DNA of 36,508 nt from Elusimicrobiota bacterium (GTDB lineage Bacteria > Elusimicrobiota > Endomicrobiia > Endomicrobiales > JBDRNC01), in assembly GCA_043811535.1 (NCBI GenBank), contig JBDRNC010000010.1, positions 1-36,508 of the forward strand. Direction: 5' to 3'. The notes beneath the pieces are model-generated. The model was not told the DNA's origin. It searched no databases and worked only from the letters and a program-made list of their open reading frames with translations. The position numbers and the translations under genes were made by a program. Positions 18,107 through 27,075 of this stretch are shown here, piece after piece (positions within the stretch are counted from its first letter, which is position 1; every line of letters starts with the position of its first letter).

Positions 18107-20745
18107 TTGTCTTGTATCTCCTTCCCCGCATATTTTTTGTTTATTATGCAATTGTAGGCGCCGCTGAACAATGGAAGCCCTCGTTCGTCTTTACCGTCCC
18201 ATGTAATCTGGTTGGAACCTTTTCCAAGATTTACAGCATTAATCTCAACGATTTTTTCGCCGTATAACGAATAAATGAAAATATCGGCGGTTCCTGCTTC
18301 CGGCATGTGGAAGATGATATTTGTCGAGTCTTTACCCGCCTGAAAAGGGTTAGGGTAATTGAAAGCCTTTTCCGGAAGGGAAATAGTATTGAAAATGCTT
18401 ATCTGGCTTGTGTATGATACACCGTACTTATTTGTCGCTATTACCTGCCAGTAGTACGTCTTTGAGTATTTCAGATTCTCGACGTAGTAGTAGCTGTTTG
18501 TTCCTTCGTAAACAAGATGCATAGCAGCGGGATCGTCGCCGAAGTAAAGCTTGTAAGTCAGGTCAGAGCTATTCACGGCCAATGCGGCGGAATAATCGGC
18601 ATTATTTATTTCCCAAGCGACCTTTACTCGGCTTGTGGTAGTATAGCCGTTGTCAGCAACGCCTTTGACACTAAAGTTATTTGGAGTCTTTGAAACAACA
18701 AAAGCGGAAGCTCCTGAAGAATACTCTGCAATGTTGTGAATGTTTTTATATGTGAACCAATAAGAATACGTACCGGTAGATAAAGATACAGGCAAAGTAA
18801 CATCATATTTATTGACTCCGGTAATAATGAGGCTGTATGTGTAGGCCTGTCCGTTTCCGGTAATATTAAGTTTTGGATATCCGGAAGCAGGATCATATGA
18901 GTATGTATCAATCCAATCCAGTGAGAATTTCGGTTTATCTGGATACACAACAACGAAGTATGCGGGCGTGTTTGCCGATCCCGTGGCCGGGGCTGTAGGC
19001 CGCACGGAAGGCGCGGGGTTATCAACTATGAAAGTATGAAGGGCTTTTGGAGTGCCGGTAGAATCGCAGTAAGTATTCGAAGCGACAAAATTGTAGTAAT
19101 ACGTACCGGCGGCCAGGTTCTTTGTGTAATAAAAAACCATGCCGGTGGCGCTGCTGACCGCATTGTCATAATACATCGTTGCCGATAATATAAGATTGCT
19201 GTCTTTGTACAGGTTTAAAATCGGCTGAGTAGATACAATGGGAAGTTCATTGAAATCGTAATACCGGACACGGAAAGTGACGGTATCTCCTACGGGAATT
19301 ATAGACGATTGAACGGCTTTATCGGTGTAATTTGTATCTGCCGTCCATAAAAATGAAGGATTGTTCTCCTGAATATCAAGCGCGGATGTTAAAACAGCCA
19401 TCTCTGTAAGGGAAGCAAATCCGGTTTGCGTGATACTTGCGCTTGAAACAATCAAAGAAGTATTCACTGGCGCGGTAACATTAAGTTTTATCGTCTCTCT
19501 ATCAATCCAAGTAGTAGTATTTATTTTAAGCGCACTGTATCCAAAAGTAACCGGCGCATTATTTCGCATATTGCGGCCGGATACAGTAATATCCAACGTC
19601 TCGCCGCGTTTTATCGTGTTTGGTGTTGTACTGTAAATCTTGGGCGTACCCAATTCTTTTGAAGCTCTTGTTCCGCCTGGGGTTGTAGCGCCGACACCAG
19701 GCGCGCAAGCATAGAGACAAGAATTATTATCCGTTATCAGAGGGTTTATAGAACCACCCTGAAACATCCACATTCCGTCGCTGCCAAGCTCTGTAAAATT
19801 AGGGGATATTTTTAAATCATAATCTATTAGTCCGGAAAAAGTCCATTGACCGGACTTTACAAATATATAACCTTCCTTATCTACGGCTATATCATAGCCG
19901 CCGTAACCATGAGAAGAACAACCAATGCTTGCTAAAACAACGAGCGAGGGGGAATATTTAACTGCGTAAGGAGGATTATTCCCGCCTGATACGTAAACGT
20001 TACAACTAGAATCCGTCGTAATACCGTAAGCCGGAGTACCTGTTCCACCCCAAATAGCAGATGAAATAAATACGAGCGAAGTATCATACTTCGCCGTAAG
20101 AAAAACAGTGTTTGCATTCATCGTGCCGCAAACATAAATATTATTCGCGGTATCTATAGCTATGTCGTAAAAAGCACTATTACTCCCCAGTTTATATGTG
20201 GCAGAAGAAATAAAGTTAAGACTGGAATCATATTTAACCAATGTGCCTGAACTTGTATTAACGATACAGTAAAAATTGTTATTAGTATCTCTTACAATAC
20301 CCCTTCCATATGAAGAATTACCTAGATTCATAGAATTTGAAGTAACGTATCCGAGTGAAGCCGTAAACTTTGCAGTATACATTTGAGAAGCACGTATTCC
20401 GGTAGCATATACATTGCCTGAAGGATCGCAGACAATACCTAAAAATTCATCCCATTGAGCCAAGCCGGAATCATACTCATTGAGAAATGTCATAGCAGAA
20501 CTTAACCGCACTATATACCCGTCATAAAAAGAACTCGCGGCTCCGTCAGCACCATTGTTTTTAGTACCGCAAACATAAACCTCATTATTATTAGCATTTA
20601 CACAAATCCCGTCGAAATTATAACCGCTTCCAGTGCCTAACGTGCCATTCCCAATCCACCTTCCCGAGTATAAATAATCCATAGCAAATATTACACCCGG
20701 GATGAATAAAAGCAAAGTAGTAAAAATATATATTAAGCGTTTCAT
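18082..20745 (-). CDS. Large surface protein: beta-propeller (SBBP-like) + IPT/Ig + FN3 + FlgD-Ig/T9SS-type C-terminal domain
   Basis: Signal peptide; repeats DPSGNVYATG, DTANNIYVCG, DSSCNVYVSG; PKIYSTTPN..RGETLDITVSG; TYYWQVIA; C-terminal NYPNPF...IYSLYGE...WDGKD..G...SG.Y....KILVIR. Confidence 0.82.
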   Translation of the reverse strand: MKRLIYIFTTLLLFIPGVIFAMDYLYSGRWIGNGTLGTGSGYNFDGICVNANNNEVYVCGTKNNGADGAASSFYDGYIVRLSSAMTFLNEYDSGLAQWDEFLGIVCDPSGNVYATGIRASQMYTAKFTASLGYVTSNSMNLGNSSYGRGIVRDTNNNFYCIVNTSSGTLVKYDSSLNFISSATYKLGSNSAFYDIAIDTANNIYVCGTMNANTVFLTAKYDTSLVFISSAIWGGTGTPAYGITTDSSCNVYVSGGNNPPYAVKYSPSLVVLASIGCSSHGYGGYDIAVDKEGYIFVKSGQWTFSGLIDYDLKISPNFTELGSDGMWMFQGGSINPLITDNNSCLYACAPGVGATTPGGTRASKELGTPKIYSTTPNTIKRGETLDITVSGRNMRNNAPVTFGYSALKINTTTWIDRETIKLNVTAPVNTSLIVSSASITQTGFASLTEMAVLTSALDIQENNPSFLWTADTNYTDKAVQSSIIPVGDTVTFRVRYYDFNELPIVSTQPILNLYKDSNLILSATMYYDNAVSSATGMVFYYTKNLAAGTYYYNFVASNTYCDSTGTPKALHTFIVDNPAPSVRPTAPATGSANTPAYFVVVYPDKPKFSLDWIDTYSYDPASGYPKLNITGNGQAYTYSLIITGVNKYDVTLPVSLSTGTYSYWFTYKNIHNIAEYSSGASAFVVSKTPNNFSVKGVADNGYTTTSRVKVAWEINNADYSAALAVNSSDLTYKLYFGDDPAAMHLVYEGTNSYYYVENLKYSKTYYWQVIATNKYGVSYTSQISIFNTISLPEKAFNYPNPFQAGKDSTNIIFHMPEAGTADIFIYSLYGEKIVEINAVNLGKGSNQITWDGKDERGLPLFSGAYNCIINKKYAGKEIQDKCKILVIR

Positions 20746-22514
20746 GCAGAAACCCCCAATCTTTCAGTCCTAAGATTTAATCCTTCAGCATTCATCTCTT
20801 TATGAGGAGAAAGAATTGTAATATCAGAATAAGTATCAATCGGCCACATTCCGCAGTTTATGATCATCGGGTGCTTGTCGGCCGTCTTGAATACCGCCCT
20901 GCCGACCGGCAGCTGCCGGAATATGTTCGGGTGAACGATAAATTCTTCCACCTCGCGCATAGAGCCCATCTCGGTAACCTTCTGCGTGCCGAAGGACCCG
21001 GATTCCGTCTGTTCAGTATGTTTGAACGTTTTATCCGTGCCGAAAGTCTCCGCCCAGAAACTCGCTTCTTCGGACTGGCGAAGTATCACTTTCGTTGCTG
21101 TGTTCTCCCGAACTATTACGGCAAGCCGGTCAGAACCTTCTTTGGTTTTCAGCTGTGCGTTTGTTTGGTGGGAAAGAACCACTCCCACGTTGGCCGACCG
21201 GCACGTTGAAATGAATTTGTCAAATGACTCGCTCACATACTGGCCAAATTCATCAAGTATCAAAAGCATGAAATCATTCTGTCCTTTTACATGGCGTTCG
21301 CCAACGGCATTTGCGAGATCCGATAAAACCATCTTTGCCAACGCCTCATTTGTCTGCGCCTTCTTGCCCGTTGAAAAACTGAATATCGCGCGTTTGTTGC
21401 TGCTCATAACGGTCTTGATGTCAATGTCGGGATTATAGCTGTTGATTAATCCGGATATTTTTGGATCAGCGACAAAAAGCTGGTCAACCAGAGTCGTAAG
21501 ACCTATCAGCTCTTTTTCATTCTTTGACAAGCGGCCGGAAAAAGCTTTTAAGTCCTCTTTATGGAAAGTGTTCTTTGAGATTTTCAAAACGTAGTTCCGC
21601 ACGTCCGGATAGTTTGAGAACTCCAAAATATCCGTAAAACTGAACTTCTTGCCGGTGCTCAAAAACAAAGACAGAAGCACCAGCAGATATTTTTTTTGTA
21701 TATCCGTGTACACCTTAGCTTCCCCGGGCGCGTTCAGGTCAAGCCCGGCCGCTATCATGTTCATAAGCTCTGTAGGATCATCACTGCAACATAAAGGATT
21801 ATAGCTGTGCGACCTTTCCGGATCCAAGGGATTGAAAACAAGCATTTCCGGATCAACTGAAAGAAAGTCCCTGATAAGGCTTGTGTCACCCTTGCCATCA
21901 ATAAAGACCATCGGGACACCGTTCCGGATGGCTTGCATGGCAAGGGGGAAAAGAATACTTTTGGTTTTGCCTGTCCCGGAAGGGCCTACAACCTGGACGT
22001 GGTGCGTAAGCGCGCCTTTGTCCAGATAGACTGGCCCATTTTCGGCAAGCCCAAAAAAGTAGCTTCCTTCTTTGATATGCTTGCTGAAATCCGTAACAAC
22101 CGGAATGCCCTTTCCAACAGCTTTATCATTTATCCGGCGTTTAAATTGGTACAGCCACTTCTGAACCGCCGGATAAAACCTGCGGTACATGTATATCCAA
22201 ACGATACACAGAACAACAAACCCGCAATTTATAGCCAAAAGCCACAGGTTAACGGCTTTAAGGCTACCCTTTGCCAACACCTTTGAAAATACCAGCAGAA
22301 ACGCAGGGCTTGCGTTTGCTTGCGCTAAAACCTCCGGAAAGTTGATATATAGCCCGTACCAGCAAAGCGCCGTGAAAGCGGTCAAAACAGTCACTCCAAT
22401 AAAAATGTATCTAAAATACTCCAGCCTGGTTACAAACCAGAGTAAACCAAGTAGAAATATGAATTGTAATATTAAGATAATGAAAGATGTTGAGATCATA
22501 TAAAAAGCCCGCAC
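20742..22514 (-). CDS. virD4: Type IV coupling protein (VirD4/TraD/TrwB family)
   Basis: N-terminal TM helices, HVQVVGPSGTGKT, FIDGKGD, SHSYNPL, LILDEFG, RSANV..VLSHQT.AQL, EEFIVHPN.FRQLPVG. Confidence 0.9.
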   Translation of the reverse strand: MRAFYMISTSFIILILQFIFLLGLLWFVTRLEYFRYIFIGVTVLTAFTALCWYGLYINFPEVLAQANASPAFLLVFSKVLAKGSLKAVNLWLLAINCGFVVLCIVWIYMYRRFYPAVQKWLYQFKRRINDKAVGKGIPVVTDFSKHIKEGSYFFGLAENGPVYLDKGALTHHVQVVGPSGTGKTKSILFPLAMQAIRNGVPMVFIDGKGDTSLIRDFLSVDPEMLVFNPLDPERSHSYNPLCCSDDPTELMNMIAAGLDLNAPGEAKVYTDIQKKYLLVLLSLFLSTGKKFSFTDILEFSNYPDVRNYVLKISKNTFHKEDLKAFSGRLSKNEKELIGLTTLVDQLFVADPKISGLINSYNPDIDIKTVMSSNKRAIFSFSTGKKAQTNEALAKMVLSDLANAVGERHVKGQNDFMLLILDEFGQYVSESFDKFISTCRSANVGVVLSHQTNAQLKTKEGSDRLAVIVRENTATKVILRQSEEASFWAETFGTDKTFKHTEQTESGSFGTQKVTEMGSMREVEEFIVHPNIFRQLPVGRAVFKTADKHPMIINCGMWPIDTYSDITILSPHKEMNAEGLNLRTERLGVSA

Positions 22515-23233
22515 TCCCGGCCCTGCCAGTCGGCGACACGGCAGGACATTACACCCTGTTCCAAAAGCTCGCTTAACAACAAAAACCTATGCTTGCCAGG
22601 TTCTGTAACCCTGCTGTCTTTTATAGACCTTATCAAAGCGTCTTTAGTAACAGAATCGCCACATACCCAAATGACGCTTTTCAAATGATTGAACTTCCCG
22701 GAATCGAATTTCTTCATCTTCCTGATATTGCGCTTATGCCACTTCGGGCGCAATTCCACTTCAAGCCCGGCTCGAAACGTTTGCGTTTCAGCGGTCAGGT
22801 TTTCGCGGAATATTATTTCTGCGTCAGGCTTAAGTTCCGGCAAGTCGCCTATCCTGGCCATAAGAACCCGGGGAGTCTCAAAGTCCAAATAGTACGGATG
22901 CTTCTCAAGGGCAATCCGAGCCTTTGCAATTGAAAGATTGTGGTAAAACTCCGTGGGGCCAAAGTCGCACGGCTTGAACAAAGACGTAACCCTAAGCAGT
23001 CCAACTGACGCAAGAGAATCGGCGCCCTTTTTCGTAAGGAAATACGCCTTTGAAGGCTTTAAACCTGTATCGAAAAAAGTCATAAGCCCCTTCATCGTCA
23101 TGAGATTATTAACGTATCGAAATGCTTGCATTCTTGACCTTACTATCATTTCGATTTCTTTTACAGACATATATCCGTTTTCGGCTATCATCTGTAGTAT
23201 TTTCTTCGTTTTTTCTGTTATCACTTTTGTCAT
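22496..23233 (-). CDS. Replic_Relax/MOBC-like relaxase (wHTH + PD-(D/E)xK nuclease)
   Basis: wHTH ending YFLTKKG, HNLSIA, LKPDA, GLEVELRPK. Overlaps the coupling protein gene. Confidence 0.75.
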   Translation of the reverse strand: MTKVITEKTKKILQMIAENGYMSVKEIEMIVRSRMQAFRYVNNLMTMKGLMTFFDTGLKPSKAYFLTKKGADSLASVGLLRVTSLFKPCDFGPTEFYHNLSIAKARIALEKHPYYLDFETPRVLMARIGDLPELKPDAEIIFRENLTAETQTFRAGLEVELRPKWHKRNIRKMKKFDSGKFNHLKSVIWVCGDSVTKDALIRSIKDSRVTEPGKHRFLLLSELLEQGVMSCRVADWQGRECGLFI

Positions 23234-23426
23234 TTTTCTTTCGCTTTTTTGTTGTGTTTTTCTTTGTTTTTTCTGTCTTTTTGTCTTTGTCTTTCGTCGT
23301 TTTTGTCTTGTCTTTTTGTCTTTGTCGTGTCGTTTCCATGTCCTTATCTTTATATTTTTATCTAATTTTTTCTTCTTCTTTTTCTGTTCTTATCCTTTTA
23401 TTTTTTCATTGTATTTTTTGTTTTAT

Positions 23427-23514
23427 CCCACCCACTGCACTCCTCAATTTATTGAGGATGTGGCGTTAGAGGGGTTTCCGCTAAAATCAGCGGAAACCCC
23501 TCTAACGAGGTGGG
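23427..23514. other. Candidate oriT: nested inverted repeats upstream of the relaxase
   Basis: Perfect 19-bp IR CGTTAGAGGGGTTTCCGCT-6nt-AGCGGAAACCCCTCTAACG (23464-23507); 8-bp IR TCCTCAAT/ATTGAGGA (23441-23458); outer CCCACC/GGTGGG pair. Confidence 0.55.
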
Positions 23515-23624
23515 GGAAACAGCCTTTAAAATCAATGAAAAAATAAAATGGGGCGTATCTGGAAAAGTGTTACCTGCGAGTAACACATTTTGTAACACAT
23601 AATTTTTCATAAAATATCTCATAA

Positions 23625-23807
23625 TTATTGTTCTGATTGCTGCCCTTCCGCTGTCTGTGTCCCTGTCTTTTTCTTGAAAACTTTCTGCTCAAGTTTCTGC
23701 GAAGTCATATAAGACTTTTTCAGCGCTTTTAAGTCCTTTATTTCCGCGAACTTCTCGCCTATCTGCCTGTCTATCTCCTCTATCCTTTTATGGATTTCTG
23801 CCGTCAT
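23625..23807 (-). CDS. Small coiled-coil protein downstream of repA
   Basis: 60 aa, GGAGG RBS within the end of repA, heptad pattern. Confidence 0.65.
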   Translation of the reverse strand: MTAEIHKRIEEIDRQIGEKFAEIKDLKALKKSYMTSQKLEQKVFKKKTGTQTAEGQQSEQ

Positions 23808-23810
23808 AAT

Positions 23811-25304
23811 TCAGTCCTCCTTTTGCGAAAGTTTCCGCTTGATAATGTCTGTAGCTTCGCATTCTATAGAGAGCGGCAGAATGCACATTCCGGGTATGCC
23901 CCTGCTTATGAGATTCTGTCTTGCCTCGCCTTCAAGTTTTGTCCTCTCTTCCGCGCTCAGGAGTTCAATGATTGACTTGAACTTTGCCCGCTCGGATTCT
24001 TCCGCCAGAGCCCCTTCTTTTTCAACCCGCTCTTTTTCCTTAAGCTCCCGCTGGAGACTGTCTTTTCGTTCTTCGTTTTCAATATGTACAAGCGCTCTAT
24101 CTTCATAGTTAAGCAGGCCCCCGAAATACTCGGTCGGCTCTAAGAACGCTTCCATGACCTTGTGCAACGCATAGTCAACTATCTTTTTCGCTTTCGCCGC
24201 ACCGTACTTTGAAATCAGATTCCGCGCCTGCATTATTTCTTTGTAACCGGGTTCGCGCTTATGCATGAATTTAGTCAGAAAATGTATTACGAGCCCGCGG
24301 GCATTCAGCTCCGCTCCAGGATTCTTATCCGGCAAAGCAGCTCTTTCAACGGGCATGGAATTCGTTGCTTCAGCTGACGGCTTTTTGAGGGCTGGCGACA
24401 GTATTATAAAATCCTTGAAGGATTTGTCCTGCTGTGAATCGTACTCGTTGTTCATAAAATAGTACTTGTCCCTAATGTACTGCTTGAAATTCAGGTAAGT
24501 GGGGGGTAAAATGAAATCCTTCGCGACCAGTTCATTTAGGGCATTGTTAAGGCTTCTCTTCGTCTGCCCGAGATTGTAGCTGCGGCTCATCCCCAGATGT
24601 TCGCAGCACAGGACCTTAACAGGTTTCTTTAAGAGTTTGCCCCTGTTGAATATCTTGTCGGCGTACCTGAACAGGCGCTTTGAAAGCGGCCTTTCAAGCG
24701 AAGCGTAAAAGGTCAGGTCTGTTGACTTGATGTAGCCGTCTCGCATAGACTTCCAGATCGTTTCGTTCCAGGTTATGCTTATAAAATCGAGGTCCCATAT
24801 GTGAGCGTCATGTTCTATGTCGCCGTTCTTCTTTCCGTAAAGCTTAAAGTTGTCTATTAACCCGAACCCTTCGATGCTTAGAAGGCGGTTCTGAGACTTG
24901 TCCCACCAGCTGTCGGTTGAAGTAATTTTGCAGTGAAAAAGTCTGAAAAGCGACTCTTTGAAGAGATCGTAGTACTGCTTTGTCAGCGGCCACTGAATGG
25001 CTTTTAAAAGCTCGAATATCTTGAAATTAAGGGTCTTATCGTCCCTTTCAAGATACCCGCCCGATTTTGTTATGTAGAACATGCCCATAATCACATCATC
25101 ATCCGAAGCTATGGGGATCCCGTGAATCAACGAGCCATCAACTACCCATTTCCGGTTTATAAGCCTTCCGGTGTCCTTATCTTTGTAGGTATCGGAAAAA
25201 AACAGGGGTTTCTTGACCTTCTGGTAGGTCAAAGAAGCAAAAGGGAACTCGCACAGGTTCATCTCTTCTTTAACCATCTTTTTGACGTTTTCTTGCTTTT
25301 CCAT
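23811..25304 (-). CDS. repA: Plasmid replication initiator protein (RepA/RPA-like)
   Basis: EMNLCEFPFASL, W.V.GS..HGIP...DDDVIMG, Y..L..PLSKRLFRY.DK motifs of the replication initiator A family; iterons directly upstream. Confidence 0.8.
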   Translation of the reverse strand: MEKQENVKKMVKEEMNLCEFPFASLTYQKVKKPLFFSDTYKDKDTGRLINRKWVVDGSLIHGIPIASDDDVIMGMFYITKSGGYLERDDKTLNFKIFELLKAIQWPLTKQYYDLFKESLFRLFHCKITSTDSWWDKSQNRLLSIEGFGLIDNFKLYGKKNGDIEHDAHIWDLDFISITWNETIWKSMRDGYIKSTDLTFYASLERPLSKRLFRYADKIFNRGKLLKKPVKVLCCEHLGMSRSYNLGQTKRSLNNALNELVAKDFILPPTYLNFKQYIRDKYYFMNNEYDSQQDKSFKDFIILSPALKKPSAEATNSMPVERAALPDKNPGAELNARGLVIHFLTKFMHKREPGYKEIMQARNLISKYGAAKAKKIVDYALHKVMEAFLEPTEYFGGLLNYEDRALVHIENEERKDSLQRELKEKERVEKEGALAEESERAKFKSIIELLSAEERTKLEGEARQNLISRGIPGMCILPLSIECEATDIIKRKLSQKED

Positions 25305-25363
25305 GAAAAACACCCTTTACGTGTATTTTGAGTATAACTACTGTATATATAGCCGTCTAAGCC

Positions 25364-25436
25364 GAGTGTACAACTATACGTTTTAACCGGCTCCGGAGTG
25401 TACAACTATACGTTCCGGAGTGTCTAACTATACGTT
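25364..25436. repeat. Three 19-bp iterons (putative oriV)
   Basis: GAGTGTACAACTATACGTT at 25364 and 25396, GAGTGTCTAACTATACGTT at 25418; spacings of 32 and 22 bp are in helical phase. Confidence 0.8.
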
Positions 25437-25519
25437 TGGGCGGGTTTTGAACCGCACTTAAAGAACGCATTGAATACTCATTCCAGACCTTGAATCGCCC
25501 CCACCACAAGATGTAGCGT

Positions 25520-25547
25520 GGTTCCGATAAGTTATGTTATGTTAGGT
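25520..25547 (+). other. dif-like XerC/XerD recombination site
   Basis: GGTTCCGATAA-GTTATG-TTATGTTAGGT has 11-6-11 architecture; 8/11 and 9/11 identity to the E. coli dif arms GGTGCGCATAA and TTATGTTAAAT. Confidence 0.65.
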
Positions 25548-26565
25548 TATTGCTATATGGCATCATGCTGACTTTTATCAAGTAAAGCATTAGATTCGGT
25601 CATTTCACTCTAGGTAATCCTGCATTCTCATTACATACTTAACATGTTACTTTAAGTTATTATTTCTAGCACTCCAGGTCAAAATGATTTTCCCAAAAAT
25701 TTTGCCAAAATTTTGATTTTTAAGATTTCTTCCCAAAATTTTCCTGGCGATCCTGCGAATCCCGCGGCAGACCGGGTTCGATTAAGTCGCAAAAATGACC
25801 CTTCAAAAACACCATCTGGAGAGCTCCACGGCCATACCGCGTTTCCGGCCCATAAACCGCCTATTTCCATGCCTGTCCCTAAAAGACCACCAGGAGCCAG
25901 GTAATCATCTTTGCCAAGCCGGCCGGTTTTTGCCTGAAAATGCCCCCTTTCAAAAAGACAAAGAAAGATCCCGCGGGCCTAAAACCCCATTTGGAATCAA
26001 TTCCGCAAAATACCAAAAAGAGCGTTTTCCGGGATATACCAAACCATTAAAAGAAAATAATAGGGGCCTAAAATCGCAAATATGCGCGTTCTCCGACGGA
26101 AAACAGCGAAATACAGCGTAGATTTGAGATTTTCGGGAAGGCAAGGAGAAAGAAAAACCGGAAATCAGAGGACCTGCAAAATTACCGGCAGGGCAAAAGC
26201 GCCATGACCGGCGCCGCGAAAAGGCAGTAAGATGAAAATACCGGAAATACGGACAACCCGGCGGGATCTACGGAAGACAACGGCAGAAAAACCATGCCCT
26301 GTAAAAGGCAAAAAGAGGCAGTTGCCGGCCAAAACTCTATTTGACGGCGAGCGGCTGAAAAACAATAAGGCGAAATACCGGCCGAAAATACCGTAAAACG
26401 CGAAAAAATCACAAACAGTGAAACACTGTAAAACCGTGATTTTCGAGAAGTATCAAACCACCAAATGAATAAAATAGGGGTCTCAAATCGCATTTTTGGC
26501 AATTTTCCGACGGAAAAATAAGAAAAAATGATTTTTTCGGGGGCGCGAGGGGATAAAAAATGATT

Positions 26566-27075
26566 TCAGACGAGTTCGATTATCTCCGCGGTAACTTTTT
26601 TGTCGTCCGCGATGGTAAGGATGCCGACAGACGGTTTAAATGAGGCGGCAGGCTTAACCGGCGAGCCGGGGTTGAAGCACAGAATACCGCTGACTTTCTT
26701 ATTGAAAGGAAGGTGCGTGTGGCCGAATATCAATATGTCCAGTTTTTCCCCGCTGAAGTATCCGAAAAGCTTCTGAGGAAATTCTTCGGGTGAACCGAAG
26801 CCGTGAATTATCCCTATGTTTTTCCCCCCGCAGTTCACGGTTTTTTTCTTGGGAACGCGCATGGATACTTCAAATGAATCCATATTACCGCATACGGCTT
26901 CTACAGGCGCGATATCCTCAAGCATTTCCAGCATATTAAGATTCGTCAGATCTCCTGCGTGGATTATCAGGCTTGTCTTATCGAATATTTCCTTTATCTT
27001 GTCTAAAGGAAAACCCGCGGCTTTATAAGGCACGTAATGCGTGTCTGCAATGACTCCGATTCTGGTTTCGCTCAT
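26566..27075 (-). CDS. YfcE/MJ0936-like metallophosphoesterase
   Basis: IADTH, HAGD, V.GNMD, IIHG, FGHTH.P, FNPGS motifs. Confidence 0.9.
   Translation of the reverse strand: MSETRIGVIADTHYVPYKAAGFPLDKIKEIFDKTSLIIHAGDLTNLNMLEMLEDIAPVEAVCGNMDSFEVSMRVPKKKTVNCGGKNIGIIHGFGSPEEFPQKLFGYFSGEKLDILIFGHTHLPFNKKVSGILCFNPGSPVKPAASFKPSVGILTIADDKKVTAEIIELV

Larger units (their letters stand above)
8044..25547 (-). mobile_element. Plasmid-like conjugative element backbone (RepA, iterons, relaxase, T4CP, T4SS) lying next to chromosomal genes
   Basis: Co-oriented rep, relaxase, virD4 and virB-like genes; housekeeping genes start at 26566; dif-like site at the right edge. The left boundary is uncertain (cargo and IS21 probably belong to it). 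Confidence 0.85.

Noticed and set aside
22953..23546. Phe-rich plus-strand ORFs (197 aa and 115 aa)
   Set aside because: They arise from the stop-free T-rich tract and lie antisense to the relaxase.
25364..25436. CRISPR array
   Set aside because: Repeats are 19 bp with 13- and 3-bp gaps, there are no cas genes, and they lie directly upstream of repA. Iterons fit better.
25637..25664. Second, inverted dif-like site (ACTTAACATGT...)
   Set aside because: Only a partial XerD-arm match and no XerC arm at the right spacing.
25679..26502. Several short ORFs on both strands
   Set aside because: Mutually overlapping, no convincing RBS or motifs, composition driven by A-tracts.
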